The position numbers and the translations under genes are program-made. Positions 14,338 to 27,106 of a stretch of 64,000 nt of DNA are shown here, piece by piece. Numbering within the stretch: the stretch's first letter is position 1; each line of letters opens with the position of its first letter. The notes beneath the pieces are model-generated. The model was not told the DNA's origin and made no database searches. It saw only the letters and a program-made list of their open reading frames with translations. Source of the DNA: Oikopleura dioica. Its lineage: Eukaryota; Animalia; Chordata. The stretch covers positions 3,720,001 to 3,784,000 of the forward strand of contig OU015567.1 in assembly GCA_907165135.1 (NCBI GenBank), in the 5' to 3' direction.

Positions 14338-14638
14338 ATGCAGATTTTTATGTATCAACTTGTTCTTTTTGCCAGCAGCATCAGCCTCGCAGAGAAAGGC
14401 ACGTGTTATAACTGGATTCAAGCTGTGTCGTCAGATATTCTAGAGAGATTTTCGACCGTCAGAAATTATTTCGACTTTTGCTTGATTATGGAGACGATTT
14501 TACATAGTGAAATTCAGTCCGGATATCATTCAGGAAAGGATGTTCTTTACCAGCGAGCCGATTAACCGATATATTGTTACTTCCTTCCTAGGTCTACCGA
14601 CCGTATCTCCTGATTATCAATACGTGGTGTTTGAATAA
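14338..14638 (+). CDS. Small secreted two-cysteine peptide, paralog B (GA-AG intron 14534-14591)
   Basis: Signal peptide then CYNWIQAV...RNYFDFCLIMETILHS. Removing the 58-nt GA-AG intron gives ...HSGLPTVSPDYQYVVFE*, colinear with paralog A. Confidence 0.75.
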
Positions 14639-14755
14639 AAATATTCTTCCTTGATTTTCATCTCGATTTTTTCATTCATTTATCATGATTTCAACTATTT
14701 TTTCAGCTTGATCGAGTTCAGCATTGAAAAACGTAAGAAAAAAAGATAAAATCAA

Positions 14756-17092
14756 TCAGTAACGAGGTACAGTAGGATCAAATTGTTGATATTGAAAGTC
14801 CAGATTTGGCGTAATTCCATGGCTTCTCATGAAACTCGTGACTTGTTTTGGGACTTCTTTGAGCACTTCTGAAGCTAACCCGGCCATGTCAGGCGGTGAG
14901 TTCGGTCGACAAAATCGAGAAAAGGGGACGAATTGGACAATGTCACGTGCAGCCCGATTTCTGTGGGAATCAACAAGGACTCCGTCATCGCCATCCAGGC
15001 ATTCCATGGTTGAGAAGTCAGCTTTGCTCAGTCATAAAAGCAGTTCTGGATGGAAAAAAGAAGGTCTTATGACGGTTCCTGAGCCAACGCCGACGATAAT
15101 TATCGAAAGAGGATGATTTGATGCTTGAACGATTGCGTTGATTGTTGAGTCTACGTCCGTTATCGCTCCATCTGTGAGAATCAGCAGAACAAAATAGCTG
15201 AAAATAGACATAATTGAAGAGTCTAATTTCCTACTTTTTCCGTTTATCTGCTTCTGCGGCCATTCTCGACGCTTCTCTGATCGTAGGCGCAAAGTTTGTA
15301 GGACCGTAAAGCTGAACGGCGCGGATACAATCACGATACGTCTGCAAAACGCCGGTAGTTCCCTGGACAAACGGATTCTGCGGGTTGAGATTGCAGGGGA
15401 ACATGTGCGAAACGCCAAGATTTGGAACTTTCGCGCCAAAGCCGTAGACTGGAAAGAGCTTGTCAGAATCGTAGTCTTCGAGGATGGAATTGACGGACCA
15501 AATTGCTGACTCGTACTGATTGAATCGATTGCTGCCAGAATTGTCGACGAAGTGAAGGGAGTTTTGACTTTTTGGGTCGCCATTTGACCCGGTAAAATCG
15601 ATCGAGGTCATGCAGTTGATCATCAATCCGTGACTGATGAAGTCGAAGAAGGTATAATCGACTGACTTCTTGAAGTTCTTGAGCTTCGCACAGGTCTTGT
15701 CTTTGATTCCTTTCTTCTCACCGGAAGATGCCCAGTTTTCTAGCTCGTGACCATCGAGAGAGATCTGTCCGATGAGTTCTTGAGCCATTTCGCTTTTGCG
15801 ATATCTCCGGGCTCATCGTTAATTGAAGGGAAATGATGGGCTTACCGGTAGAGCTGGATAAGTATTTCTCGACTGGGATCGCCATTATTGAGTTTGGCAC
15901 CGGGGATTTCGACTTGAAACTTTGGATCTTCGGATTTGAGTTCTTTAGATCTGTATGACTTCAATACTAAGTTTAAATTAGTGATCACTGGCACGAGAAA
16001 AAAATCTCAATATTTATTTAATATCTCCGGTAATTGACAGTCTTAAAATAAAAAATTGTGAATAAAATTTTACATTTTATGATTTTCAAATTTTGAATGT
16101 TCCTGAAAACAAGCGTGTTGTCCGCATCTCCTGCACCTCTTCTTATTTCAAGAATCGTTCTCACTGCTTCTTTTCCTGTAAAAAATCCTTTCTTCGTTGG
16201 AACATTCTCAACGGCGACTGTGAATTGAAAGAGATCTTTGCAGGTACTCCGGTTCTCAGCGGTGATAATGATTTCACCATCGCGGAGAGATGAGTTTTTA
16301 GAGCGCGACTTTTTAGTTTTTCAATTATTTTTCAATAAAAATATTAAATAAAAAGATTTGAAAACTTGGCAATCTTCTGATATGTCTTCCACTAGAAGCG
16401 CCAATAATCTCCCCAAGCGTCGTTTTGCACTCTCCAAGCTCATCATGCCGATCTTTTCCCCTGTTCGTCCCATCGTCCGAGTCCATAACTTCAAAAACGA
16501 CATTTTGCTTCTTTTCAAAAAAGTAGTCGACATCGAACTTCGTCGAAAACTCCGGGTTGAGTGAGTCTCTGACAATTTCCGTCCGAGCGAATTCTGTTTT
16601 ACGACCGTTTTCTTCGAAATACATGATGACGAAGGGATCGGACTTGCTGGAGAAATCTTTGTCGGGTAGATTTCTTTACCGCTGTCAAAAATGATTAAAC
16701 AATGTCATTCAAAGCGTATAAATGTCATATGTTTCATATAAAGGATCAATTACTCAGCAGAACTATCAAGTTTTAAAACCAACCATAAAAACATAAATTC
16801 AAAGACAATTTTCTTGTCTTCTGGTCTTTTTTACAACAGGAAAAGAGCGAGAGACAAAGCTTTCCCGAGAAAAAAATATTCAAGAAAAGAATGGATGTTA
16901 TGCTTTTACTTCTAATTCTAGCAGGAATAGCGATTTTCCTCATTTTTTGCGTCTGCTGTTTTTATTTGAGAAATTCAATTGCACCAGAAGATGGTGATTG
17001 AATTTTTATCGACTGTTTGTTAATTAAATAAATAATATATTTGACAAGTTCCTGCATTTTATTGAAAGCTCCACGGGCTCACACAAATTCAT
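14756..17092 (-). CDS. CPNE: Copine (C2A-C2B-VWA)
   Basis: [14 protein letters not shown]|[73 protein letters not shown]. Two GA-AG introns are needed (16674-17051, 15951-16102). Paralog number not assignable. Confidence 0.93.
16891..17001 (+). CDS. 36-aa single-TM microprotein nested antisense in copine intron 1
   Basis: [36 protein letters not shown]. Upstream in-frame acceptor TTTTTTACAACAG at ~16839; AATAAA near 17027. Confidence 0.5.
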   Translation: MDVMLLLLILAGIAIFLIFCVCCFYLRNSIAPEDGD

Positions 17093-17462
17093 AACTTTTC
17101 TCTTCTCAATAAAAATGAGTCCTTTCTACGGGGTTTCTATTTTTGTTTGATTTCTTTTGAAAATCTGTAGGGGGTCAGCCGTGATCGGACCAAAGGGACG
17201 AGTGACTCACAAATTTAATGAGAAGGGGAGATGGACAAGGGACAATAAAAACCGACGAAGCGATCAATGGATTTTTCTGGTCCTTTTCGAAAGCATAGGC
17301 ATAAAAATCAATGTAAAAGTACGACTTTTTTCTGAAACATTTTTTTTTTGAACATGAAAGCTATTTTATTTTCGATGATGCTAGCAGAATCGTCATCTTT
17401 GACTTTGAGACATAATCGTAAAAGTCAATAAAACATTGTGTTTGATTTCCACAGGATGGTTT

Positions 17463-19461
17463 CTATAAATTTTTGAATGACAGATCGCTTCCAAACGCTC
17501 TTAGCTTCCACTGAAATTTCTCGGGATTGTTGTTTTTCACGGCTGCAAATGTCTAAAAAACATCATCAGTTAGTAAAAAGCTTCCAAAAAAACTTACAAT
17601 TAGGTATTTTCCAGGCTTCAGGCTGAACAAATATCCATTATGTTTGTAGTTCTCCAGCTCATAGCCTTTCGACAAAGGTATTACAGGCAAAACCTTCTTG
17701 TCTCTCATCCTCTTTAAATCCTCCTTGTCGAATTTTCGGTCTTCATTGATTTTGTACACATCAAGAATGACTTGACTTTTGGTGGAAATGCTTGATTCTA
17801 GCAAAAACTGAAGCCAGACATATCGTGACTTCTGATTTGGATCTCTGCTATTCGTGCCAACATTGAATACGACTTGAGCATTGTATTTTGAATCCAAGAA
17901 AGCTTTGAAAATATGATTTGAATCTCTTGGTGAATTAATTCCAGAAATGAATTCTCCTGAAACGATGATCTCCCGATCTCTCGCCTCTTCTTTCGTAAAG
18001 ATCCCGTCCTCATCGTTGATATCAAGTCCGGGTAAAGCGCAAAAATTGAATATCTCCAATTCTTTCAGCCAGTCTTCATAGCTCATCCAAAACGCACCAT
18101 CATTGGCCTTCGTAAAGCCGATTCGTTTCTTTTCTTTCTTTCTTACTCTTCGCCAGTTTTCGCGATCATCGTCCGACCAGTTCCCAGTCCATTCTGTCTT
18201 TCCCCACGGATTGCGAAGCTTGATCATTGTTTGATATTCGCCAGTTCGAAGGATCATTTTTTCAATTCGGAGGACGGCATAAGCATGAGAAGAGACGAGC
18301 CCCTTGATGATTGTTGAATTGTCTTCCTCGTCCAAGTTTGAGCAGCAGATAAGCGAATGATTCTTGATTGCGAGGAGGACGTTTTCCAGTTCGATCTTTT
18401 TGGCATCTTCAAGATTCGAGCTCGATGGAAGGTTTTAATTAGCTAGGGTCCTAGCCTAGGGTTGAAAAAAAGCTGAGAGGGTAAGGGTTAGAGTTAGAGT
18501 TGTTCGTCACTTATTGGCTAACGCGATGGATACTTGTTTTTGATTGGATGAGAACCTCTTCGGGATAAATATTGATCTTATTAAAACCTCTTCCCTAAGA
18601 TTCTTCATCTCGCAGCAAATTCCACCGCAGAGCTCTGTCAGCGACCAATTAGTATTTCCTCCTTCAAGCCTGTCATAACCGCCGTGAAATTTCGCATAAG
18701 CCTTTTCAACCAAAGGCACCCACCATTCATGATCCTTCGATTGCTCCGCGATCTTTTGTGGCAGGTAATCGTCGATCATCACTTTTTGCCACCCGTGGAC
18801 GTCGTAAAAATTAAAATGGTACTTTCCCAGGGCATGAGCTTTTTAAAAATGAGGTCGCGACATTTCAACGAATAAAGGTTACCTTCATCAGAAGAGTTTT
18901 TGTCAATTTGAAGGACTTTAGAGGCGATATCGTCTTTGACTTCATTTTGATGTTTGTTTTTTGGTCCTCCCTCTCCTTCGTCGACTTTTCTAGAGTTTCA
19001 AAAAATATGTTCCTTGGCAAATTGGGAATAAAAGAAACTCTTCCTAACGTCGACAATGCTGACAAAAACCAACAATCGCCAAGCCGTCCCTGAATCACAT
19101 CATGAGCTTGAACTCCATCTGACTGAAATTTCTTCATTGAAGCTCGAATCTTCATCGACGAAAGCCTCTCGCCATCCTTGACCTTGAAATCTTCATCGAC
19201 AAATTTTCCTTGGGGCACGTCAGATTTTTTCTCGAATATTTTGTCACTGAGTTTTCTGGCCGGCGTTGATAGAAAAACGATTGTTTCTCCTGCCAAAGGT
19301 ATTTTCAAATGAAGGTCTTTCAGTTCTTCAGCCAAGAAACCAGACTCGACATGATGATTCTCTTCAACCTTGAGTCCAAAAGATTCTCCTGCAAGTGGAG
19401 GAAGGTCAAAATCGTCATCGCTCTCTGAAGTGGTGCTCATATTCGATCGAGAATTTTTCAA
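17463..19461 (-). CDS. Atypical calpain (catalytic CysPc domain + domain III, no penta-EF seen)
   Basis: QGRLGDCWFLSA (Cys), VMIDDYLP, WVPLVEKAYAKFHGGYDRLEGG, SHAYAV (His), KLRNPWG (Asn), WMSYEDW; C-terminal PGKYLI...KLRAFG. Confidence 0.9.
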
Positions 19462-20081
19462 TCTCTTTGCTTGAAAACACCGGATGACGAATCTTTTCAG
19501 CCAAAGATTTATTCAAATACGAGCTTTTCTTACCTTCGCTTTGAAAATTCTCCATTTTTTTCCGCTCTTCTTTCATGAATGTTCTTTAGAAGAAAACAAC
19601 TTTGTTATATTATGATTGAAGATGTAGACATTTTTTTCTATATCTCTATAAAATCTAAGAAAAACTAAGGTCAACTTTTTCTCAGATCATAAAATTAACG
19701 ATCTTATAGATTTTTTTAGAGTTGTAAAAACATATATTTTTAAAAGCATCAGAAAGATAATGGACAATGTCTGGGAACCTGTCTGCTAGACAGTGTCTAG
19801 AAAACCAGACTTTCCTAACGGAACGGAAGCTTAAATAAAACCCTTTCAGCGAACTTTCTGAGAAGGAGCTGCGTGCACCACTCGCTTGGTTATCTAATTT
19901 ATTTTGATTCGTCTTCATAATTAGCGGCTGTGGCTGGGCGCAAAATTTTCCGCATCGGCTTTCTATGCACAATTACCCGGACACTTGTCGGCGCTCCCAA
20001 ATCTACGCATCAGTCGATTATCATCAGAGGAATAATCAAAGAGAATACTTTTTCAAGAAGAATTCATTGATCGATTTGGAG

Positions 20082-22600
20082 ATGAAGAATGCAGGGTTAT
20101 TGGCGTCCTTGTTGATTTCAGATTCTCGAGTTCAAGATTGAATCATGTTCTAATTCCAATTTGTTTATCAAGATTTTATCAAGAGAAGTACTAAGAGACG
20201 ACGGTCGCATAATATTCTCAAATTCAAATTTTACTCGTATTCTCTTTTTAACCAATTTATCAAGATTTTTACAGAAATTCGCTTTATTCCATGCCAGCAA
20301 AAATAATGAAAAATATTTTTGAACTCGTCATCAGACCAAGCCTCTGCCTCTCACTTTCGCGCTGGGTCCCTTAGCTATCTCCAGCGAGATTCAACTTCTT
20401 ACACTGTCGTTCGAACCCAATCCTGGCGCCGCTCCAAAGCCGGGTACGGCAGTCGTGGCTGCACGGAGGAACATGTGCTCTCAGAAAAACTCACCGCCGT
20501 GCGGGCCGGTCAAAATTCAACGCTGATGGATATTTGCGAGCTTCAAAATCGCAGTTTTGTCGACACTTGCAAAGATCTCCAATCGAGCTACGTCGTGACG
20601 GATATTGAAGATAAACAGTCGCCGCTGAACAATTACTGTTATGGATATGGAAATGATGTTTTGCCGAAGCCGGCAGGGCCGTTCATGGTGAAAATTGAAT
20701 CTTGCTGCTGGGTCAATTTTATGAACGACTTTGGAAGATTGATTGGAAGCGGAAGTCCGAAGAAAGAAAGAAATGAGCTGAAACTGATTGCGAAGATCAA
20801 TGAATTAGAGAACAATACTCCCCTGGTGAAAGTTCCTCCAATTTGGCGAATCATGTCCGGCTGTCCCGATCAAATCCTCAACTTGAATCCAGTCGACCTC
20901 GATGGCGATCTGATCCGATGCCGCTGGGCGACCGCAGAAGAGGCGAAATCAGGAAGCTATTGGCTCAACAAATCTGACTTCGTTACTTCTATTAGATTTT
21001 TTGTTTTACCGCAGTAATTGAATAATGGTTGAGCCATGCAAAATTCATGATTTTGATGAGTTCGCAAGTTTGACGCTGGATAGAGATGGCTGCAGGGTGA
21101 TTTATGATGGGACGAAGGATTCGGCGAAGATGGGATACAAGCCGATTGCGGTGATGGTGGAAGATATTGATGATTCTGGGCGGATCCTGTCTTCGATTCC
21201 AGTTCAGGTATGGCCTTGGAAAGATACTGTTTTCGACGGCTTTTAAGTTTCTTGCGGAAGTCTGGATCCCGCAGCCATCGAAATTCGGCGGCAATATCGG
21301 ACGAAAAGGAGGCAAACAAATCCCAATCTACAAATACCCAGATCCATACGAAGGCTTCCTCGACTACGAAGATGGCGACGACCATGATGATCATGAAGAT
21401 TACTTCGAAGTTGACAACATTCGGGTTCGACGGCAAGCTGAAATCGACAGAACAATCACCTTGAATAATCCCCAGCAAAGTGGCGGAATTCCTGGGTACT
21501 GCGATGCAAAGCCTGTTCTAGTCTTTCCAAGTCCACCTGCTGGCTCGACGATTGTTGTGAATAACATGGTCGAAATAAAGTTGAAAGCGGAGTCGAGAAA
21601 TGGAGATATCAAACGATTTTTGTACAACAAGCCAAGAGGTTAGAAATTAAATCACCATAAATATCAAATTTGATGGATGAATTGGTTTTCACTTTTCAAC
21701 ATCAGTCTGAGGTGAAAACTAAATTGATATTAAATTGGGTATAATTATTGATAATATCCAATTCCGGTAGCGTCAAGTCTACAAACACTATTCGAAACTC
21801 AAGTTTTAAATAAATATTTTATTAAGGAATGGACTGCACACCTGTCACAAAAACCGGGACTGTTACGTGCACTTGGACCCCCGCTCAAAGTCAAAACGGC
21901 ATTTTCAAGTTTGCCTGTCTTTTCGGTTTCATTTTACTAGTTATTCTAGCTTCTGCTTCTGGGCAGATGATGTTAGAGGATTGACAACTGAGCGACGATG
22001 CATCAATTTGCGAACAGAAATCAACGATATCTACTCAATGATCGACTTTTATTTCGACAAGAGTGAGTTCAACTCTAACAGTTTCAGAGACTACGGTTGC
22101 ACGGGAAAGGGAAACATGAAGCCAGAAGCGCCATCAGCAGGAGTTCCACTCGACGAAATCGATCACATGATCAACAACTGGAAGCACTGTACCAAATGTG
22201 CTCTCAAGGTCGATTATTCCCGTGATTTTCATAACTATTCGTGCTCTAGAAAGAAACAAGAGTCGCTTATGACTTCGATGAAATGACAAAAGAATGCATC
22301 AATCAATTCGGATCACTAGAACATTCTCTCTGCTCATGCGACTTGGACTTTGTTGAAAACATGTCTTCGAACATTGGAGACTTCAATCCTGAGTTCCTTA
22401 GTAAGCAATTTTTTTTTTGAAAAAAAGACTTCATTTCATTAGATTTCCCAAAGAACGAATGCAAGCCTTTCCCTCCCGCCTTCAGAACAACTGCAAAAGG
22501 AGCCTGCTGCATGTCTTCTTCAGGGGTTTTTTCATGGTACAATACTGAGATCCGCGAATGCTGCTTCAACGGACTAGTTCGTGACATTGGCGAATGCTGA
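20082..22600 (+). CDS. Secreted multidomain protein: SHFRAG-type N-terminal module + C-terminal phospholipase A2-like Cys-rich domain
   Basis: SHFRAGS...NNTPLVKVPP...DLDGDLIRCRWAT module, then YGCTGKG...PLDEIDH...WKHCTKC...LCSCD...CCFNG pattern resembling secreted PLA2. First exon join uncertain. Confidence 0.65.
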
Positions 22601-22902
22601 AATCAAGGAAGAGATTTTCCGGCAATGAGCCCCCTTTTTTTTATAATTTTCGTTGAATAAATTTTCACTGTCCTCTTTTCTCTTACGTAAATGGATTTAT
22701 TAACAAAAGATGATGATCTTGTCCTCTGGAAAACGAAACAACTCTCACGCTTCCTCTTAGATTGACATATACATAATTTCACCCAGCAATTTTCTCCGTC
22801 ACTGGTTTTAAAAGCGCTGCATTTTTATGACGCGACGCCTTAAAATTGAATCTCTGATGCAATTTTGACTTTCAGCTTTGTCTTGTTTTTTTCATAACAA
22901 TA

Positions 22903-25900
22903 ATGGCGATTGTAAAGAGAATAATTTTTCTTCTTCTTTTTGAGAGTATTGAGAGAAACGGGGTCTTCGGACAGTTGATAGTGGAGAATGTCGTTTGTGG
23001 ATTGGAATATCTCAAGTTTGAAATGGAAGAACGGCCCTGGGCGACAGAGAAATTCAACATCTTCAATGGACAAGAACAATGCGACTTCTCCCTCAGCACT
23101 GTCGGCAGAAATCTAGCAATACGCGTGCCAGTGGAAGAGTCGAACTGTATCAGCTACAGTCTGGCGACTCTTTCTTTTGACGCTCAGTTCACTTTCAAGA
23201 TGCAAAACAACCTCATTATTTTTGCTCAAACTGGATTTATTACCTGCACTCTGGCGGATTTTGAAACACAGCTGGATTCTTCGAGTATTTCCGTGACAAA
23301 TGAAGACACAGGCAAGTGCCCTGCGCTGATGAAAGTCGGTGGAGACTGCTTGGAGATAAATGTAGAAAACCAATGTTCTTCCCGAACAGAAGGAAAATGT
23401 AAGGAAGACGCTTCGGCTCCACAATGTGAAGACATGGAGGAAAATGAGACGTTTATTTCTTACGAATGCGTGGAAAAACCAAATGATTTTGACCCATCAG
23501 ATGTCAACAAGGGCGACCCTTTTACAATCTCTGCCTGCTGTATATCTCTCGTCACGCCGTACAATCCCAACTTTGCTGATCCAAAATCAGAAGAGTACCA
23601 AGAGCTCTTGCAAGAAGTTAAAACCGCGGGGAGGACAGACCTGAACATCGAAAGCATCGATGTCTACGAGACAGAAGATGGCAAAACAATTATCTCGATA
23701 GAATCTCAACGATATCCGTGTTTTGGAACAATGAGCTGTCCTGACGAACTCGAGGATCGGACAGCTTTTTTCAACGACATCATCAACGAAGTTTTGGTAA
23801 ATCTAGAAACGGCAACAACAAAAGAAATCACAAAAATTGGTAAAACGACCGATGAGTTCAAAAAAGATCTGGAAGCAGCAATCATCAACGAAGGCGGTAT
23901 TCCACCACCCCCGCCGCCGAAAGAAGAAGAAAAATTTGTCGAACCAAAGCTAGAAACCGTCGAAGAAATTGTTGATTTTCTCGAGGATCCTGACGTGGGA
24001 ATCATTCCAATGGACATCACGGCGGAAACGGTCACTGAAGAAGGAACAACAGAAGTCGAAGTTCGCCCGACAAAGGCGCCATTTAGAGAGTTTAACACAG
24101 AAAAACTTAAAGAAAATCTTGGCGAGCCGATGATTCAAACCATCACTGGTTATTTGATCTCTATTGACATCTGCACCATCGAAGATAACAAATATGAAAA
24201 CGAGAAGCTCGCGAAGATCAGTGGTAACCCGCCCTTCCGTCTGAAAATAGATGGACTCACAGATGCTCAACAGGATGTTTTGCAGATTTCTGAGCAAGAA
24301 GACGAGTTCGGCCAGTTATATCTCTCCATAAAGATAAGCGATTGGGAGATTTTCGAGGAGAACGCAAGAGATAAATCGACCCTTACCGTTGATATCGAAG
24401 ACAATGATGGTCGGAAGGGAAAAGTCCCAATTCTATTCGAAGCGTCTTCTCAATGCACTTCTACAGTCACTACAGATGTCACGGAAGTAATCTCTCTTGG
24501 CAAAGTCAACGTCCAGTCTCAATTCGTGTTCGAACGATACAACGAACTGGAGGAATCTCAAGAAGAATTAGGAAGATTTCTCGTTGCTGAGTACAACTCA
24601 GTCTTTTCCGGCGTCAATTCCATCGAAAAAATCACCTTTTCTGGAACTCGGCCAGTCTCGCCAGCTGCTGACGCGAAAGTTTGCAACACAACGAATCCAT
24701 GCAGCGCTGCTTCGACACAGTTACTCTTCAGTGCGTCTCAGACGATTATCGCGGGAGAAAGCTTCATTGACGTGGTGGATAGAGGAGTTATCATCGTTGA
24801 AGCGTCGTTCAAGAAATATATCGAAGCGAAGAAAAGGAATGAGCTTCCAGCTTCAAGGAGGGAACGATCGGCGGAAGATGTCCCGGAAGTTTTTGTCAAC
24901 AGAGCCGAATCTATTGTAAATGAAGAATACTTGTACTACTATTCGTAAGATAAGACACAAGAAATCCTTTCATCATTCATTTTCTAGCATTCCAGGGGCG
25001 ATTTTGACAATTTACATCGTTCTCATCGCCTTTTTCTGGTACAACTATCAGCTTACAATCAGAACTGCCCATGGCATCGTCTATAACAACGGCGACTCTC
25101 TATTCATCCGCTTGATCGTCGTCAAGGGCTGCCTCCTTCTTCTCATTTCCATCGTCACAATCGCGCTTGAATCTCTCCGCGCATTTGATTACATCAATGG
25201 AAAATCCGTGAATTTTCGACCGGTTTTTAGCATCAAAGTCCTTCTCATTCTCCTCTTGTTGATTTCTGCCTTGGTCTTCGCGCTGAAAATCAAGGCGTTT
25301 TTGGTCTTCTTGGACGAGATCAGCAGCTCTTACGAGAAATTCGGATGCTTTGTTCCCAAACCAAGAAATTTGATTCAAATCGTAAATATGGTGCTGGTAA
25401 TTTTTCTTCATGATGGCCTGTATAAAGTTGTTTCGTACTTTTTCTTCGCGAGGTATTGTATTTATGAAAAATTTTGACAAAAAAAGGGTTAAGATTTAAA
25501 CCGCCAAATATTTGCCTGACAGTCATATATTTCGTTCAAATTTGCTTTGATGTCCTTCTTGGTGAGTCGTTTCTTCCAATTTATTGTTCTACTAGCAATA
25601 TTTACAGTCATCTTGCCGCTCTTCCTACAGACCGTCATGGCAGTTTATAACACACTTGTGGAGCCGGAATTCCCAGCTAGAGGTTTGTTCTATCAAAAAA
25701 CAACATTCGCTTATGTAAATTCTAGTGCTGAAGGTTCATATCAAGAAGGTCATCAGAAACCTCCTGATTTTCATGCCACATGCGACGATTTTCAACATTC
25801 AAGATGAATTCTTCGAGAAAATCCTCTTCAAAATCAAGGCTTACTATGAAACAAAACTCATCGCGCAGCATTATCAAAAAAGCTGGCAGAAGATTTGGGA

Positions 25901-26744
25901 CATTCTTTTTTTGATCGTCGTCTTTGTCATTATCATAGCTTGGAGAATCGTTGATATTTTTCTCACGTAAGTCATTTTTATCGGAAAAGGGTTGAATAAA
26001 CTTTTTAAGAATCATCATCCAAATATCTGGAATCGTCGAATTTGCCGTCGACGACAGATTGCCTGTCGACAAGATCAGAAAAGGAGAAATAAAATGGCGC
26101 GCGGCAGAGTTTTACGAAAGATCGCAAAAGATACGGTCTCTTGGATTCTATCAGAGAAAAATCACTCCACGATCGGGAAATGCAACAGATGAGCCAGCAT
26201 ATGACTGTGGAACTCTTTGCGGAGACAAGTAAGTTACCAAATGAATCGAAATGCTCATTTTTATTTAGTTCGTTCGCGAATGGCCTGGTGAAATTTATGG
26301 TCAACGATACAACGCTGTATGACGATTTCAAGCCGAGGATGAACTGCGCTGATACAAATTTGCAACTCGATGATTTATCAGCAAATTCGACGACTTTGCC
26401 TAAACTAGAAACATTTCCCAATCCCCTTGTTCCCGACGTTCCTGGTTGCTTGAATGAATTGGAAATACTCTACCTGGTTTTCCTTTTTTTGATGTATGGC
26501 TCCTTCGCCCTTCTCTTTTTCTACAGAAAACGGGTTTGAAAACATTGAGTGAAAAAGGTGCTCAAATTGAATTTAGATTGGAAAGATATACAACCTGAAA
26601 ACAACCGGAATAATCGGCAAAATCTTTGGCTCAACGCGAGAAAAACTCTCTGAACACGAAGCTTGCAGAGATGTCGATTACATCGGAAAGAACCTGGATT
26701 CATTGAGCTCTGAAAAGATTGTAGAAATAACGAAAAAGAGCTAA
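22903..26744 (+). CDS. Large ectodomain (ZP-N-like, SEA-like, cadherin-like) spliced to a multipass membrane domain
   Basis: The 681-codon exon continues via a GT-AG intron at ~24946-24987 (YYYS|IPGAIL) into further exons with ~7-8 hydrophobic segments. Stop at 26742-26744, AATAAA near 26795. Domain names come from motif recall. Confidence 0.7.
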
Positions 26745-27106
26745 ATGAAAATTGGCTTCCAGAAGAAGGTGATTTGGTGCTGTAATAATTCATGAATAAA
26801 TTGCTGTATAAATGTCTGTTTGTTTCTATTTCGACACACTGTTGACCAAAAGTTCGCCAATAATTGATGTTTCACTATTATGTAAATTCGTCTCGAAAAT
26901 GCCCGAGGCAACTTTGAGAACTTCTCTTATCAGCCGCACTTATAACCGCGGGTGGCGCTTGTGCTGGGTACCATAAGGTCAGCGTAAAACTCCTGACCCC
27001 GAGGCATTTCGAAAGTGTTTAGCGCATAATAACGCTTTCCCAGCGAAAACGCAAGATAAGGATGAGGCCCGCAAATTCCTAAATCAACCGAAAAGAGAAA
27101 AAAATA

